Under the pieces are notes generated by a model. The model saw nothing but the letters and a program-made list of their open reading frames with translations, ran no database searches and was not told the origin of the DNA. Below, piece by piece: positions 8,830 to 17,980 of a stretch of 64,000 bases of DNA (position 1 is its first letter; every line of letters starts with the position of its first letter). Both the position numbers and the translations under genes were made by a program. Location: the NCBI GenBank assembly GCA_965220745.1, contig CBDCQT010000013.1:320001-384000 (forward strand). The letters are read 5' to 3'. Source of the DNA: Alphaproteobacteria bacterium. GTDB lineage: Bacteria; Pseudomonadota; Alphaproteobacteria; UBA828.

Positions 8830-9727
8830 GGATCAACCCTCGCCAGCGCCCACGCAGCCAGTGCATGGCGGCTTCGTCCAGCAGACCGCGCGGGCGCACG
8901 ATGAGCAGAACGGCAACCAGGCCGCCGAAGACGATCATGCGGTAGCCGGAGATCGCGCGGATCGATTCCAGGAGGCCGATATCGATGGCGACGCCGATCA
9001 GCGGTCCGAACGCCGTGCCCAGCCCGCCGATCAGGCCGTAAGCCAGCGCGTGCACGCCCAGCATCACGTTGAAGATCTTGGGCTCGACATAGGTCGCGAG
9101 GTGCGCATAGAGGGCGCCGCCGATGCCTGCGACGATGCCGGCCATGACGACGGCAAGGATCTTGTACTTGGTGACGTTGAGTCCTTGCATCTCCGTCAGC
9201 ATCGGGTCCTCGCCGATCATCCGGAAGATGGCGCCGAGGCGGGAGCGCTCGAGGATCAGAAAGCCGATGAGCACCACCGCCAGCAGCCCGTAGATGATCA
9301 GCATGTACTCGAAGGCCGAGACGTTGCTGTCGTAGATGGCGCGAATGTCGCGGAAGCCGTCGGAGCCGTCGGGGCCGACCAGCTCGCCGTCGATCTCCAC
9401 CTGGTAGGTGAATATCTCGAAGATCAGCCGCACCATCTCGGCGAAGGCGAGCGTTGCCACCGAGAAGTAGAGCCCCCTGAGCCGCACCGTCGGGATTGCC
9501 ACCACCAGCGCCGCCGCCCCGGCCACCAGCGCGCCCCACAGCAGGCCGAGCCAGATCGGCCAGCCCCACATTGCGGTCGCGATGCCGGAGCCGTAGGCGC
9601 TGACGGCGAAGAAGGCCTGCTGACCGAACGAGATTTCGCCGACCACGAGCAGCAGATAGGCCGAGAGCGCGATGAACGAGATCATGCCGATGTTGGAGAG
9701 GATCGTGATGAGATAGATGTCGTCCAT
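8816..9727 (-). CDS. ABC permease (LivM-like), set 2
   Basis: GEISFGQQAFF, RLRGLYF..ATLAFAE, GGLGT..GP, RPRGL. Confidence 0.9.
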   Translation of the reverse strand: MDDIYLITILSNIGMISFIALSAYLLLVVGEISFGQQAFFAVSAYGSGIATAMWGWPIWLGLLWGALVAGAAALVVAIPTVRLRGLYFSVATLAFAEMVRLIFEIFTYQVEIDGELVGPDGSDGFRDIRAIYDSNVSAFEYMLIIYGLLAVVLIGFLILERSRLGAIFRMIGEDPMLTEMQGLNVTKYKILAVVMAGIVAGIGGALYAHLATYVEPKIFNVMLGVHALAYGLIGGLGTAFGPLIGVAIDIGLLESIRAISGYRMIVFGGLVAVLLIVRPRGLLDEAAMHWLRGRWRGLIRAES

Positions 9728-9730
9728 GGT

Positions 9731-10630
9731 TCAGACGCGCCGCGTCGCCGCCAGCTCACGCTCGACGGCAAGCTGGCCCATGAGTCCGCCGGGCCGGAAA
9801 ACCAGGAACAGGAAGAGCAGAAAATAGGCGGAGAGGTCGCGGTACTCGGTGCCGAGATACCAGATGCTCTGGGCCTCGACGACGCCGAGCAGCAGCCCGC
9901 CGAGGATGGCGCCCGGGATCGAGCCCATGCCACCCAGCATCATGGCGATCAGCCCCTTGAACGTCGCCCAGAGCCCGAACAGCGGCGTGATCTGGCCGTC
10001 GGCGCTGACGATGAGATAGGCGGCGACGCCGCCGAAGGCCGACGCGATGGCGAAGGCCAGGAACATCACCGCGCCGACGTTGATGCCCATGAAGAGCGCC
10101 GCGCGCGGGTTCTCGGAGACGGCGCGGAGAGCCAGGCCAAATCGCGTGTACTGCAGCAGCCAGTGGAGCAGCACGGTCATGACCGCCGCAACGGCGAACA
10201 TCACGATGTTCTCCACCTTGAAGAAGAACGGGCCCAGGTCGATCGGATCGGCGGTGACCATGGGCGGGAAGAAGTAGGTCCGGTCGGGGAAGACCACGGT
10301 CACGATCTCTTCGAGCTGCATCCAGATGACGAAGCTCGAGACCATCGATGCCACCGCCGCGCCCCGGCGAATGGCCCTGAAGCACAGGCGCTCGACGTAG
10401 ATTCCGACGATCACCGCGCCCACCACGGTGGCCGCGGCAATCGCCACGGCATTGGCCTTGAATTCGAGATAGACCAGCGTGCCGACGAACGCGCCGACCA
10501 TGATCGACGGCCCGTAGGAGAGGTTGAGCCGGCGCATGACGCCGAAGATCAGGGTGAATCCTATGGCGAGCAGCGCATAGGACGAGCCCAGCATGATGCC
10601 GTCGAGGCAGTTCTGGATGAAATCAACCAC
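9731..10630 (-). CDS. ABC permease (LivH-like), set 2
   Basis: YALLAIGFTLIFG, TRFGLALRAVSEN, GGMGSIPGA, FRPGGL. Confidence 0.9.
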   Translation of the reverse strand: MVDFIQNCLDGIMLGSSYALLAIGFTLIFGVMRRLNLSYGPSIMVGAFVGTLVYLEFKANAVAIAAATVVGAVIVGIYVERLCFRAIRRGAAVASMVSSFVIWMQLEEIVTVVFPDRTYFFPPMVTADPIDLGPFFFKVENIVMFAVAAVMTVLLHWLLQYTRFGLALRAVSENPRAALFMGINVGAVMFLAFAIASAFGGVAAYLIVSADGQITPLFGLWATFKGLIAMMLGGMGSIPGAILGGLLLGVVEAQSIWYLGTEYRDLSAYFLLFLFLVFRPGGLMGQLAVERELAATRRV

Positions 10631-10672
10631 CGACCTGTTCCCGCGTCGCTGTCGGAGGGTCGGCCATCGACC

Positions 10673-11449
10673 TCAACCGCTCGGGAGCGTCGTCCTGTCA
10701 GGCCGGCCCTGATCCGCTGCAGGTTGATTGCGCTGCGGGCCCTTTCCCAGGTAGGCGCGCTGGATCACCTCGTGCTCGGAGAGCTGGCCGGGCTTGCCGC
10801 TGAAGGACACCTGCCCCTGTTCCAGCAGGAAGAAGTGATCGGCCACCTGCAGCGCCATGTGCGCATTCTGCTCGACCAGGAAGATCGTGGTGCCGTCCGC
10901 GTTGAGATCACTGATGATCCGGAAGATCTCCTCGACGACGAGAGGCGCGAGGCCGAGTGACGGCTCGTCCATCATCAGGAGCTTCGGCCGCGCCATCAGG
11001 GCACGCGCAACGGCCAGCATCTGCTGCTCGCCGCCGGAGAGCGTGCCCGCCATCTGCTTCGAGCGCTCCTGCAGCCTGGGAAAGCGCTCGAACACGTGGT
11101 CGATGTCCTGCTGCACCTGCGACTTGCGCTTGCCGAGCCTGAGATAAGCGCCGGCGACGAGGTTCTCGTGCACGTTCATGTCGGGAAAGACGAGCCGGTT
11201 CTCCGGCACCAGCGCGATCCCCCGCCGCACGACCCCGCTCGGCGTCATGCCGGTAATGTTCCGGTCGAGGAAGCTGATGGTGCCCCGTCTCGGCTTCAGA
11301 ATACCGGCGATGGTCATCATCAGCGTGGTCTTGCCGGCGCCGTTCGGGCCCAGCAGGCAGGTGATGCCGCCCTCCTCGACCGAGAGATCCACACCGCGCA
11401 GGGCTTCGATGTTGCCGTAGGCGGCCGCGATGCCGTCGATCTCAAGCAT
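10673..11449 (-). CDS. ABC ATPase (LivF-like), set 1
   Basis: GPNGAGKT, LSGGEQQM, MDEPSLGLAP; start at MLEIDG, overlapping the upstream stop. Confidence 0.92.
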   Translation of the reverse strand: MLEIDGIAAAYGNIEALRGVDLSVEEGGITCLLGPNGAGKTTLMMTIAGILKPRRGTISFLDRNITGMTPSGVVRRGIALVPENRLVFPDMNVHENLVAGAYLRLGKRKSQVQQDIDHVFERFPRLQERSKQMAGTLSGGEQQMLAVARALMARPKLLMMDEPSLGLAPLVVEEIFRIISDLNADGTTIFLVEQNAHMALQVADHFFLLEQGQVSFSGKPGQLSEHEVIQRAYLGKGPQRNQPAADQGRPDRTTLPSG

Positions 11450-12209
11450 GCGCCGTCTCCACGCCGCCGCCGAGGTAGGCCTGCTGTACTGCCGGATCCT
11501 CCTGGATCGCGGCCGGCAGGCCTTCCGCAATCTTGCGCCCGAAGTTGAGCACCGCGATGCGGTCGGTCACGCCCATGACCAGCTCCATGACGTGCTCGAC
11601 CAGCACGATTGTCATGCCCGCCTGCTGAAGCGCGCGTAAGCGCCCGTCGAGCGCGTGCACCTCCTCCAGGTTCATGCCGGCGGCGGGCTCGTCGAGCAGC
11701 AGGAGCCGGGGCTTGGTGGCGAGCGCGCGGGCCAGCTCGAGCCGGCGTTGTTCACCGAAGGCCAGGTTGGCGGCGAGCTCGTTCCGCTTGCCGGCCAGTC
11801 CGGCGAATTCGAGCTGCTCGTCCACCGCATCGCGGGTGGCGCCGGAGCCGAAGAACCATCGCTTCGCGAAATTTTCGCTTCGGCGGTCCTCCACCGAGTT
11901 CTGCGCCACCCACAGGTTCTGCCAGACCGTGAGGTGGCCGAACAGGCGGATGTTCTGGAACGTGCGTGCGACGCCTGCCGCCAGCACCCGGTGCGGTGCG
12001 GAGCCGGTGATATCGCGCCCCTCGAAGGCGACTCGTCCGGCGGTGACCGACACGACACCGCAGATCAGGTTGACCGTGGTGCTCTTGCCCGAGCCGTTGG
12101 GGCCGATCAGGCCGAAGATTTCGCCCTCTTCCACCGCGAGGTCGAGCTCGTCGACGGCATGGACTCCGCCAAAGTGCTTGGTGAGAGATGTGAGCTCCAA
12201 TATCGGCAT
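11442..12209 (-). CDS. ABC ATPase (LivG-like), set 1
   Basis: GPNGSGKS, ARTFQN, LDEPAAG, VEH, AYLG. Confidence 0.92.
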   Translation of the reverse strand: MPILELTSLTKHFGGVHAVDELDLAVEEGEIFGLIGPNGSGKSTTVNLICGVVSVTAGRVAFEGRDITGSAPHRVLAAGVARTFQNIRLFGHLTVWQNLWVAQNSVEDRRSENFAKRWFFGSGATRDAVDEQLEFAGLAGKRNELAANLAFGEQRRLELARALATKPRLLLLDEPAAGMNLEEVHALDGRLRALQQAGMTIVLVEHVMELVMGVTDRIAVLNFGRKIAEGLPAAIQEDPAVQQAYLGGGVETAHA

Positions 12210-12213
12210 CGCG

Positions 12214-13116
12214 CTAGTTGCGGGTGTCGCGGGTGAACAGCCCGCGGACGAGTTTCACGGAGCGCTCGTCGATCAGCCCGCGCGGCTGGATGTTCATGGC
12301 GAGCACGATCAGCGCCCCGAACAGCAGGTTTCGCCAATCGCCCATGAAACGCAGGCCCTCGACGAGAAATCCCTGGATGAAGATCACCGCCACGAGGGTG
12401 CCGAAGACATTGCGGAGCCCGCCCAGGATCGGATAAGCGATGGCGAAGGTCGCCAACATGACGCCGAAGTTGAGGTGCTCGATGTGCGTCGTGTAGTGGG
12501 CGTAGATCGCGCCGCCGATGCCGGCGATGAAGCCGCCTGCGGCAAACGCGCCGACCTTCACCGCCGTCAGGTTGATACCGACGCTCTGCGCCGCTAGCTC
12601 ATCCTCACCCACCGCCCTGAGCACGGTGCCGGCGCGTGAGCGGTCCGTCCACCACAGCGCCAGCATGACGAGTGCCACGATCACCCAGATGAAGATCGCG
12701 ACATCCAGGGTGCTCCAGCCGTTCTCGGGGAAGAAGCGGATCTGCTTGAATCCCTCGCCGCCCTGCGGGCCGACGACGATGCCCTTCTTCTCGATCTGGT
12801 AGTCGAAATTGAACCAGAAGAGCCGGATGAATTCGCCGAAGGCGATCGTCGCAACCACCAGCATCAGGCCTTTGATCCTCAGTGCCGGGAACCCGACGAT
12901 GCCGGCCACGATGCCGGCAAGCGTGGCTGAGACCAGAAGCGCCGGAATGATGTGCCAGCCCGCCAGCACCGTGAGCATCGCCGAGACGTAGGCGCCGATG
13001 GAGAAGAACCCCGCCTGCGCCAACGTGACCTGGCCGGTCTGCAGAACGACGTAGGCGGAGAGCCCGAGAAGCGTGTGGACGCCGATGATCTGGAGGAGCC
13101 CGAAGAAGAAGTCCAT
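12214..13116 (-). CDS. ABC permease (LivM-like), set 1
   Basis: GQVTLAQAGFF, LRIKG...ATIAFGE, LRAVGEDE.AA, QPRGL. Confidence 0.9.
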   Translation of the reverse strand: MDFFFGLLQIIGVHTLLGLSAYVVLQTGQVTLAQAGFFSIGAYVSAMLTVLAGWHIIPALLVSATLAGIVAGIVGFPALRIKGLMLVVATIAFGEFIRLFWFNFDYQIEKKGIVVGPQGGEGFKQIRFFPENGWSTLDVAIFIWVIVALVMLALWWTDRSRAGTVLRAVGEDELAAQSVGINLTAVKVGAFAAGGFIAGIGGAIYAHYTTHIEHLNFGVMLATFAIAYPILGGLRNVFGTLVAVIFIQGFLVEGLRFMGDWRNLLFGALIVLAMNIQPRGLIDERSVKLVRGLFTRDTRN

Positions 13117-13131
13117 CGCCTTCTCCCCCGC

Positions 13132-14013
13132 TCAGTCGCGCGCCACCGAGCGCGAGAAGATGCCGCCGGGCCGGAACACCAGGAACACGAACAGCAGCAG
13201 CATCACGTACATGTCCCGTTCGGTGACCCCCCTGAACGCCAGGAAGAAGTTCTCGAAGGCGCCGACCGCAAGGCCGGCAATGATCGCACCCGGGATGCTG
13301 CCCAGGCCGCCGATGACGCAGACGATGAGCCCCTTGACCGTGATCGGCACGACCAGCAGGGGTGAGAGCACGCCGACCGAGGCGCCGATCATGGCGCCCG
13401 CGAGCCCGCCCAGAAGGCCGGTAATGACGAAGGTGAGCGCGTTCGTGCGGTCCAGGCTGATGCCGGCGAGCTGGGCTGCGACCGGCTGCTGCGCCACCGC
13501 GCGGGTCGCGATGCCGAGGCGCGTGCGGTAGAGCATGAACATGAGCACGACCATGGCGATCAGCGAGAGCACGAAGATGAAGATCAGATCGCCGCGCAGG
13601 CCGAAATCGCCCCATTCGATATAGATGTCCGCGAAGAGCGCCGGGTAAGGCTGGGGCATTCCGTCGGTCGCGTGGACCACGATCTCGTCGATCAGGATCA
13701 GCATGCCGACGGTCGCCATCAGCGTCGCCAGCGGACTTGCGAGCGGAATGAAGCGGAAGTTGGCGAGGTAGATAAGGAACGCGATCCCGCCCGAGGCGAT
13801 CGCAGCGATGAGGAAGGTGACCAAGGCTGGCAGCGGCACGTAGGCGGCCACGGCGATGCTGACATAGGCGCCGGCGATGGAAGCTGCGCCATAGGCCAGA
13901 TTGATCTTGTGCATCACCCCGAAAATCAGGGTGAAGCCGATGCCGATAAGCGCGTAGATGGAACCGAACAGCAGGCCGTCGGTGATCGACTGAAAGAAGT
14001 CGAGCCAGTCCAC
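13132..14013 (-). CDS. ABC permease (LivH-like), set 1
   Basis: YALIGIGFTLIFG, TRLGIATRAVAQ, GGLGSIPGA, FRPGG. Confidence 0.9.
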   Translation of the reverse strand: MDWLDFFQSITDGLLFGSIYALIGIGFTLIFGVMHKINLAYGAASIAGAYVSIAVAAYVPLPALVTFLIAAIASGGIAFLIYLANFRFIPLASPLATLMATVGMLILIDEIVVHATDGMPQPYPALFADIYIEWGDFGLRGDLIFIFVLSLIAMVVLMFMLYRTRLGIATRAVAQQPVAAQLAGISLDRTNALTFVITGLLGGLAGAMIGASVGVLSPLLVVPITVKGLIVCVIGGLGSIPGAIIAGLAVGAFENFFLAFRGVTERDMYVMLLLFVFLVFRPGGIFSRSVARD

Positions 14014-14048
14014 CCGATCATCCCCCGCTCAAGAGGCGTCGGCGAAAA

Positions 14049-14090
14049 CGGGACGGGTGTGCACCTGAGTGTGTGGCGCACACCCGCCCG
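14049..14090 (-). terminator. Stem-loop downstream of the binding-protein gene (mRNA stabiliser or partial terminator)
   Basis: CGGGTGTGC (14054-62) pairs with GCACACCCG (14078-86). Confidence 0.5.
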
Positions 14091-14097
14091 AAAACGC

Positions 14098-15309
14098 TTA
14101 CTGCGACGGGTCGTGGAGAATGGCCCACTCGCCGGCCTGGGCGTGCACGTAGAGGTAAGGCTTGACCGCCTCGCCCTCGTCCGTGCGCTGGATCTTGCCG
14201 AGGAGCCCGTCGGTCTCCTTCAGGTTGGCCAGACCGTCGCGGATCTTGCGCCTGTCGGCGTCCACCGAATCGCCGTCGGCCGCGATCCCCTGGGCTTCCA
14301 TGACCTCCTTGAGGATCATCACGATTTCCCAGGCGGCAGCGCTGTGCAGATCGGCGCTCCCTTCGTGCTTCGCCGCTGCGTCGGCCGCAGCCTTGGCGGC
14401 CTCCGTGACCGGCGCGAAGCTGGTCGGGATGATGATGCCTTCGGCCTGCTCGGCGCAGCCCTGCAGCGTCTCCATGCTCGACGAGCTGGTGAGCCCGACC
14501 AGCAAGCTGGGCTTGACCCGCTGGCGCTTCATCTCCTTCAGCACGCCGCAGGTGGTGAAGGGATGCGCCGAGATCGCCACGATGTCGGCCTTCGCCTTCT
14601 TCATCTGGCGCACCTGGGTGGTGAAATTGGTGTCGTTCAGGAGCCACTTGGATTCACCGAGAACCTCGTAGCCGGCCTCGGGCGAACGCTCCTTCATCAC
14701 CTTGTGCCAAGTGAAGCGGGAATGGGCGAAATCCTCCTCAACGCCGCCATAGACGGTCTTGAGGTCCGGGTGCTCCGTCGCGATCCACTGGAACAGCGCC
14801 CTGTACATCTCGCTCTCGTTGGGAACGTTGCGGAACGCCCACTGGGAAATCTTCGCCAGCCCGCCCTTGATGGCGGTATCGGTGAAGACCGGGATTTGCA
14901 GCCCGGAATCGCCCTCGTCGCCGACCGTCTTCTGCAGGATGCCGAACAGCGGTTCGGCAACGTTCGAGCAGGTCGGGCCGATGGCGACAACCGCATCGCT
15001 GCCGGCGATACGGCGGAGCACCGAAATGCCCTCTTCCGCGTTACAGCGGTCGTCGTAGAACGAAAGCTCCATCATCGCCATGGAGCCGTCGGCCAGCTTG
15101 ACGCCGCCTGCTGCATTCACGGCTTCGATCGCGCCGCTCAACACCGCTTCCGTGTTGATGCCGAACGAGCGAACGACGCCGGACTTGGCGCCGAAGCCGG
15201 CGATCTGCACCGTCTTTTCTGCCGAGAACGCCTCGCTGTGCGCCCCGAAGCTTGCACCCACGGCAAGCGCGGCAACGGCGCCGAGCCTGACTAGCTTGCT
15301 ATCCCACAT
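14098..15309 (-). CDS. Liv-type (periplasmic binding protein class I) ABC substrate-binding protein
   Basis: Signal peptide after MWDSK with a GGAGGGAG RBS; VNAAGG, YDD.C, IGPTCS, FRN; heads the Liv operon. Confidence 0.9.
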   Translation of the reverse strand: MWDSKLVRLGAVAALAVGASFGAHSEAFSAEKTVQIAGFGAKSGVVRSFGINTEAVLSGAIEAVNAAGGVKLADGSMAMMELSFYDDRCNAEEGISVLRRIAGSDAVVAIGPTCSNVAEPLFGILQKTVGDEGDSGLQIPVFTDTAIKGGLAKISQWAFRNVPNESEMYRALFQWIATEHPDLKTVYGGVEEDFAHSRFTWHKVMKERSPEAGYEVLGESKWLLNDTNFTTQVRQMKKAKADIVAISAHPFTTCGVLKEMKRQRVKPSLLVGLTSSSSMETLQGCAEQAEGIIIPTSFAPVTEAAKAAADAAAKHEGSADLHSAAAWEIVMILKEVMEAQGIAADGDSVDADRRKIRDGLANLKETDGLLGKIQRTDEGEAVKPYLYVHAQAGEWAILHDPSQ

Positions 15310-15406
15310 CTGCCTCTCCCTCCTTCGATGAAACTCGAATCTGATCCGACCGACTCCGTGCGGTTCGGAGTTCACGCCTTGGACCGCCACGAACAATCGG
15401 TCCGCC

Positions 15407-15421
15407 GCAGCCGCCGTGCCA
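15407..15421 (-). promoter_or_regulatory. Putative sigma54 (-24/-12) promoter of the Liv operon
   Basis: Minus strand reads TGGCACGGCGGCTGC (GG-N10-GC), ~100 nt upstream of the SBP start. Confidence 0.45.
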
Positions 15422-15553
15422 CCAACTCAATCCTATACCCGCCTCGTTGTCGGAGTCAGCGAATACTTTCCGGGTGGCGTATTCTTTTCCGGCGACGGCC
15501 ACTGAAATGGGGGTGAGGGCCCGACAGAACGCCCCGCGGAGCGTCGGCTGGGA

Positions 15554-15982
15554 CTAGGACTGGCGCATCCTCGACGGCATGCCTTCGTCGTGGGTGAGGT
15601 CCGGGTGCAGGAGACACCAGGGCTGCGCGCTCGCCACGTAGATCTCCCGGCTCGGCTCGTATGAGCTCGGGTCGTCCAGGCTTCCCGCATAGAGAGCCCG
15701 AATCCCCGTGTGACTGTTGTTGGTCAGAAACAGCGGCGAGCCGCACGCGGGGCAGAATGCGCGGCCCATGAGATTTCCACTGTCGGCGGTTCTTTCGAAC
15801 CAGCTCGGCTCGCCGCTGAGCAGGGTGAACTCGCTCTCCTTCACCACCACCACCGGCATGTAGGCACCGCCGGTCGCCTGCTGGCAGTCACGGCAATGGC
15901 AGTTGCCCATGTAGCGCGGGGCCCCCGCACACTCGTAACGAATGGCACCGCATGCGCAGCTGCCGCCGAAAGGAACATCCAT
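15554..15982 (-). CDS. GFA (glutathione-dependent formaldehyde-activating enzyme) family protein
   Basis: GSCACGAIRY, CHCRDCQ, RAFCPACGSPL Zn-binding motifs. Confidence 0.92.
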   Translation of the reverse strand: MDVPFGGSCACGAIRYECAGAPRYMGNCHCRDCQQATGGAYMPVVVVKESEFTLLSGEPSWFERTADSGNLMGRAFCPACGSPLFLTNNSHTGIRALYAGSLDDPSSYEPSREIYVASAQPWCLLHPDLTHDEGMPSRMRQS

Positions 15983-16089
15983 GGCCGAGTCTCCTCGTAC
16001 TCTGCTGCCGGACTATAACCGCCCCAGAGCCGCATGGTAGAGAGGGCCGGAACTTTGGCTTCAGGCCGCAGGTCGAACCGGGAGAAACC

Positions 16090-17085
16090 ATGAGCAACAA
16101 AGCCGCCGTCATCCACGAAAAGGGCACGCCCGACGTTTTCCGCTGGGAGGAGTGGCCGGTCGGCGAGCCGGCACCGGGCGAGGCCCTGATCCGCCACGGT
16201 GCCATCGGGGTGAACTACATCGACACCTACAATCGGCGCGGCATGCCGCATCCGTGGCCGGTGCCGCCGCTCCCGGTCGTCCTGGGGATCGAAGGCGCTG
16301 GCACGGTCGAAGCGGTGGGCGAGGGCGTGACCGAGTGCGCGGTCGGCGACCGGGTCACCTATGCCAGCCCGCCGCACGGCGCCTATGCGCAGCGCCGGGT
16401 GATGCCGGCCAGGCGGCTGGTCAGGCTGCCCGACGGCATCTCCGATGAGGACGCCGCCGGCATCACGCTCAAGGGCCTCACCGCCCAGTATCTGCTGCGC
16501 CGAACCTGCCGCGTTCAGCCTGGCGACCCGGTGCTGGTCCACGCGGCGGCAGGCGGCATGGGGCTGATCCTGTGCCAGTGGGCCAAGCACCTGGGTGCCA
16601 CCGTGATCGGCACGGTCTCGACCGACGAGAAAGCGGAGCTCGCCAAGGCCCACGGTGCCGATCACGTCGCCGTCTATTCGCGCGAGGACTTCGTGCCGCT
16701 GGTCATGGAGGTGACCGAAGGCAAAGGCTGCCCAGTGGTCTATGAGAGCATCGGCAAGGACACCTTCACCCGCTCGCTGGACTGCTTGCGCCCGCTCGGC
16801 ATCTTGGCGTGCTACGGCCATGCCTCGGGCGCGCCCGACCCGGTCGATGTCGTGGAGCTGGGCGCGCGCGGCTCGCTGTTCGTCACCCGCCCGGCGCTCA
16901 TGCACTACATGGAAGAACGCGAAGACCTGGTCGCTGCGGCGCAGGAGCTGTTCGACGTGGTTTCGTCGGGGGCGGTGACGATCACCGTCCGCAACCGCTA
17001 TCCCCTGCGCGAGGTCGCCGAGGTCCACCGCGCCATCGAGGAGCGGCGCACCACGGGCTCGACGGTCCTCCTGCCGTTCGCGTAA
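16090..17085 (+). CDS. qor: NADPH:quinone oxidoreductase (zeta-crystallin/MDR family)
   Basis: GVNYIDTY.R.G, LGIEGAG, LKGLTAQYL, HAAAGGMG, TTGSTVL; start at MSNKAA with a GGAG RBS. Confidence 0.9.
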   Translation: MSNKAAVIHEKGTPDVFRWEEWPVGEPAPGEALIRHGAIGVNYIDTYNRRGMPHPWPVPPLPVVLGIEGAGTVEAVGEGVTECAVGDRVTYASPPHGAYAQRRVMPARRLVRLPDGISDEDAAGITLKGLTAQYLLRRTCRVQPGDPVLVHAAAGGMGLILCQWAKHLGATVIGTVSTDEKAELAKAHGADHVAVYSREDFVPLVMEVTEGKGCPVVYESIGKDTFTRSLDCLRPLGILACYGHASGAPDPVDVVELGARGSLFVTRPALMHYMEEREDLVAAAQELFDVVSSGAVTITVRNRYPLREVAEVHRAIEERRTTGSTVLLPFA

Positions 17086-17161
17086 CGCATTCCCGTGTCG
17101 ACGCCCTGCTCGACACCAGGTGTCCCGGCCGGTCGTCCCTGATCGCCGCCGGCGGCGAGTC

Positions 17162-17626
17162 ATGGCGATCTGCGAACTGAGCGAACTGAACGGCCTGCTG
17201 GCGGCCGATGCGCGCCTCATGGGGCTCGATCTCGGGACCAAGACCATCGGCGTCGCGGTCTCCGACGTGAGCCGCACGATCTCGACGGCGAGGATGACGC
17301 TTCGCCGGACCAAGCTCTCCCGCGATATCGAGACCCTGCGAGCGCTCATAGAGGACGAAGGGATCGGCGGCATTGTCGTGGGGCTTCCGGTCAACATGGA
17401 CGGCAGCGAAGGGCCGCGCGCACAGTCCGCCCGCGACACGGCCGCCCGGCTGGTCGAGGCGCTGGCGCTGCCGGTCGCCTTCTGGGACGAGCGCTGGTCC
17501 ACCGTCGCCGCCGAGCGCGCGATGCTCGACGCCGATCTCTCGCGCCGCAAGCGGGCGCGCAAGGTCGATCAGGTGGCGGCTGCCTACATTCTGCAGGGCG
17601 CGCTCGACCGCCTGCAAGCGGGGTAG
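17162..17626 (+). CDS. ruvX: Holliday junction resolvase-like protein / pre-16S rRNA nuclease (YqgF)
   Basis: LMGLDLGTKTIGVAVSD, VVGLPVNMDGSEG, WDERWST, D..AA.YILQG. Confidence 0.93.
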   Translation: MAICELSELNGLLAADARLMGLDLGTKTIGVAVSDVSRTISTARMTLRRTKLSRDIETLRALIEDEGIGGIVVGLPVNMDGSEGPRAQSARDTAARLVEALALPVAFWDERWSTVAAERAMLDADLSRRKRARKVDQVAAAYILQGALDRLQAG

Positions 17627-17980
17627 CGGCACGATCCGGGCCGGGAGATTCGCTCGGGTCGAGGTGCGCCCGCGGGGGCGTTCAGGCCCCGGACCATGAT
17701 CCGGTGCACGGCGCGCAGCGGGTGCGCCAGTATCGCGCCATGGAACGGAGAGGAATCAGGGTCGAAACAGGCGGAGTTCGCGTGGGCGGACACTCGTTGC
17801 CTGGACATCTGCTACCTACAGTCCACGTCACCGCCGTCGACGCACGCGAGGACGGCGGCCCATCCTACTTTGGAATGTCCGTTATCCCTCCCATCCCGCC
17901 TAATCCCGGCGTGTCCCGCATCAAATTTTTGCGTCCGTCCCGCGCGAAGTGCCCCCGCGCGCCGCAATCCGCCGTCGCCA

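Noticed and set aside
8687-10960. Very long antisense/alternative-frame ORFs (e.g. 8687-10960, 18788-20986, 22397-24925, 24574-26679, 26740-29319)
   Set aside because: Shadows of real genes in high-GC DNA; Arg/Ala/Gly-rich with no motifs
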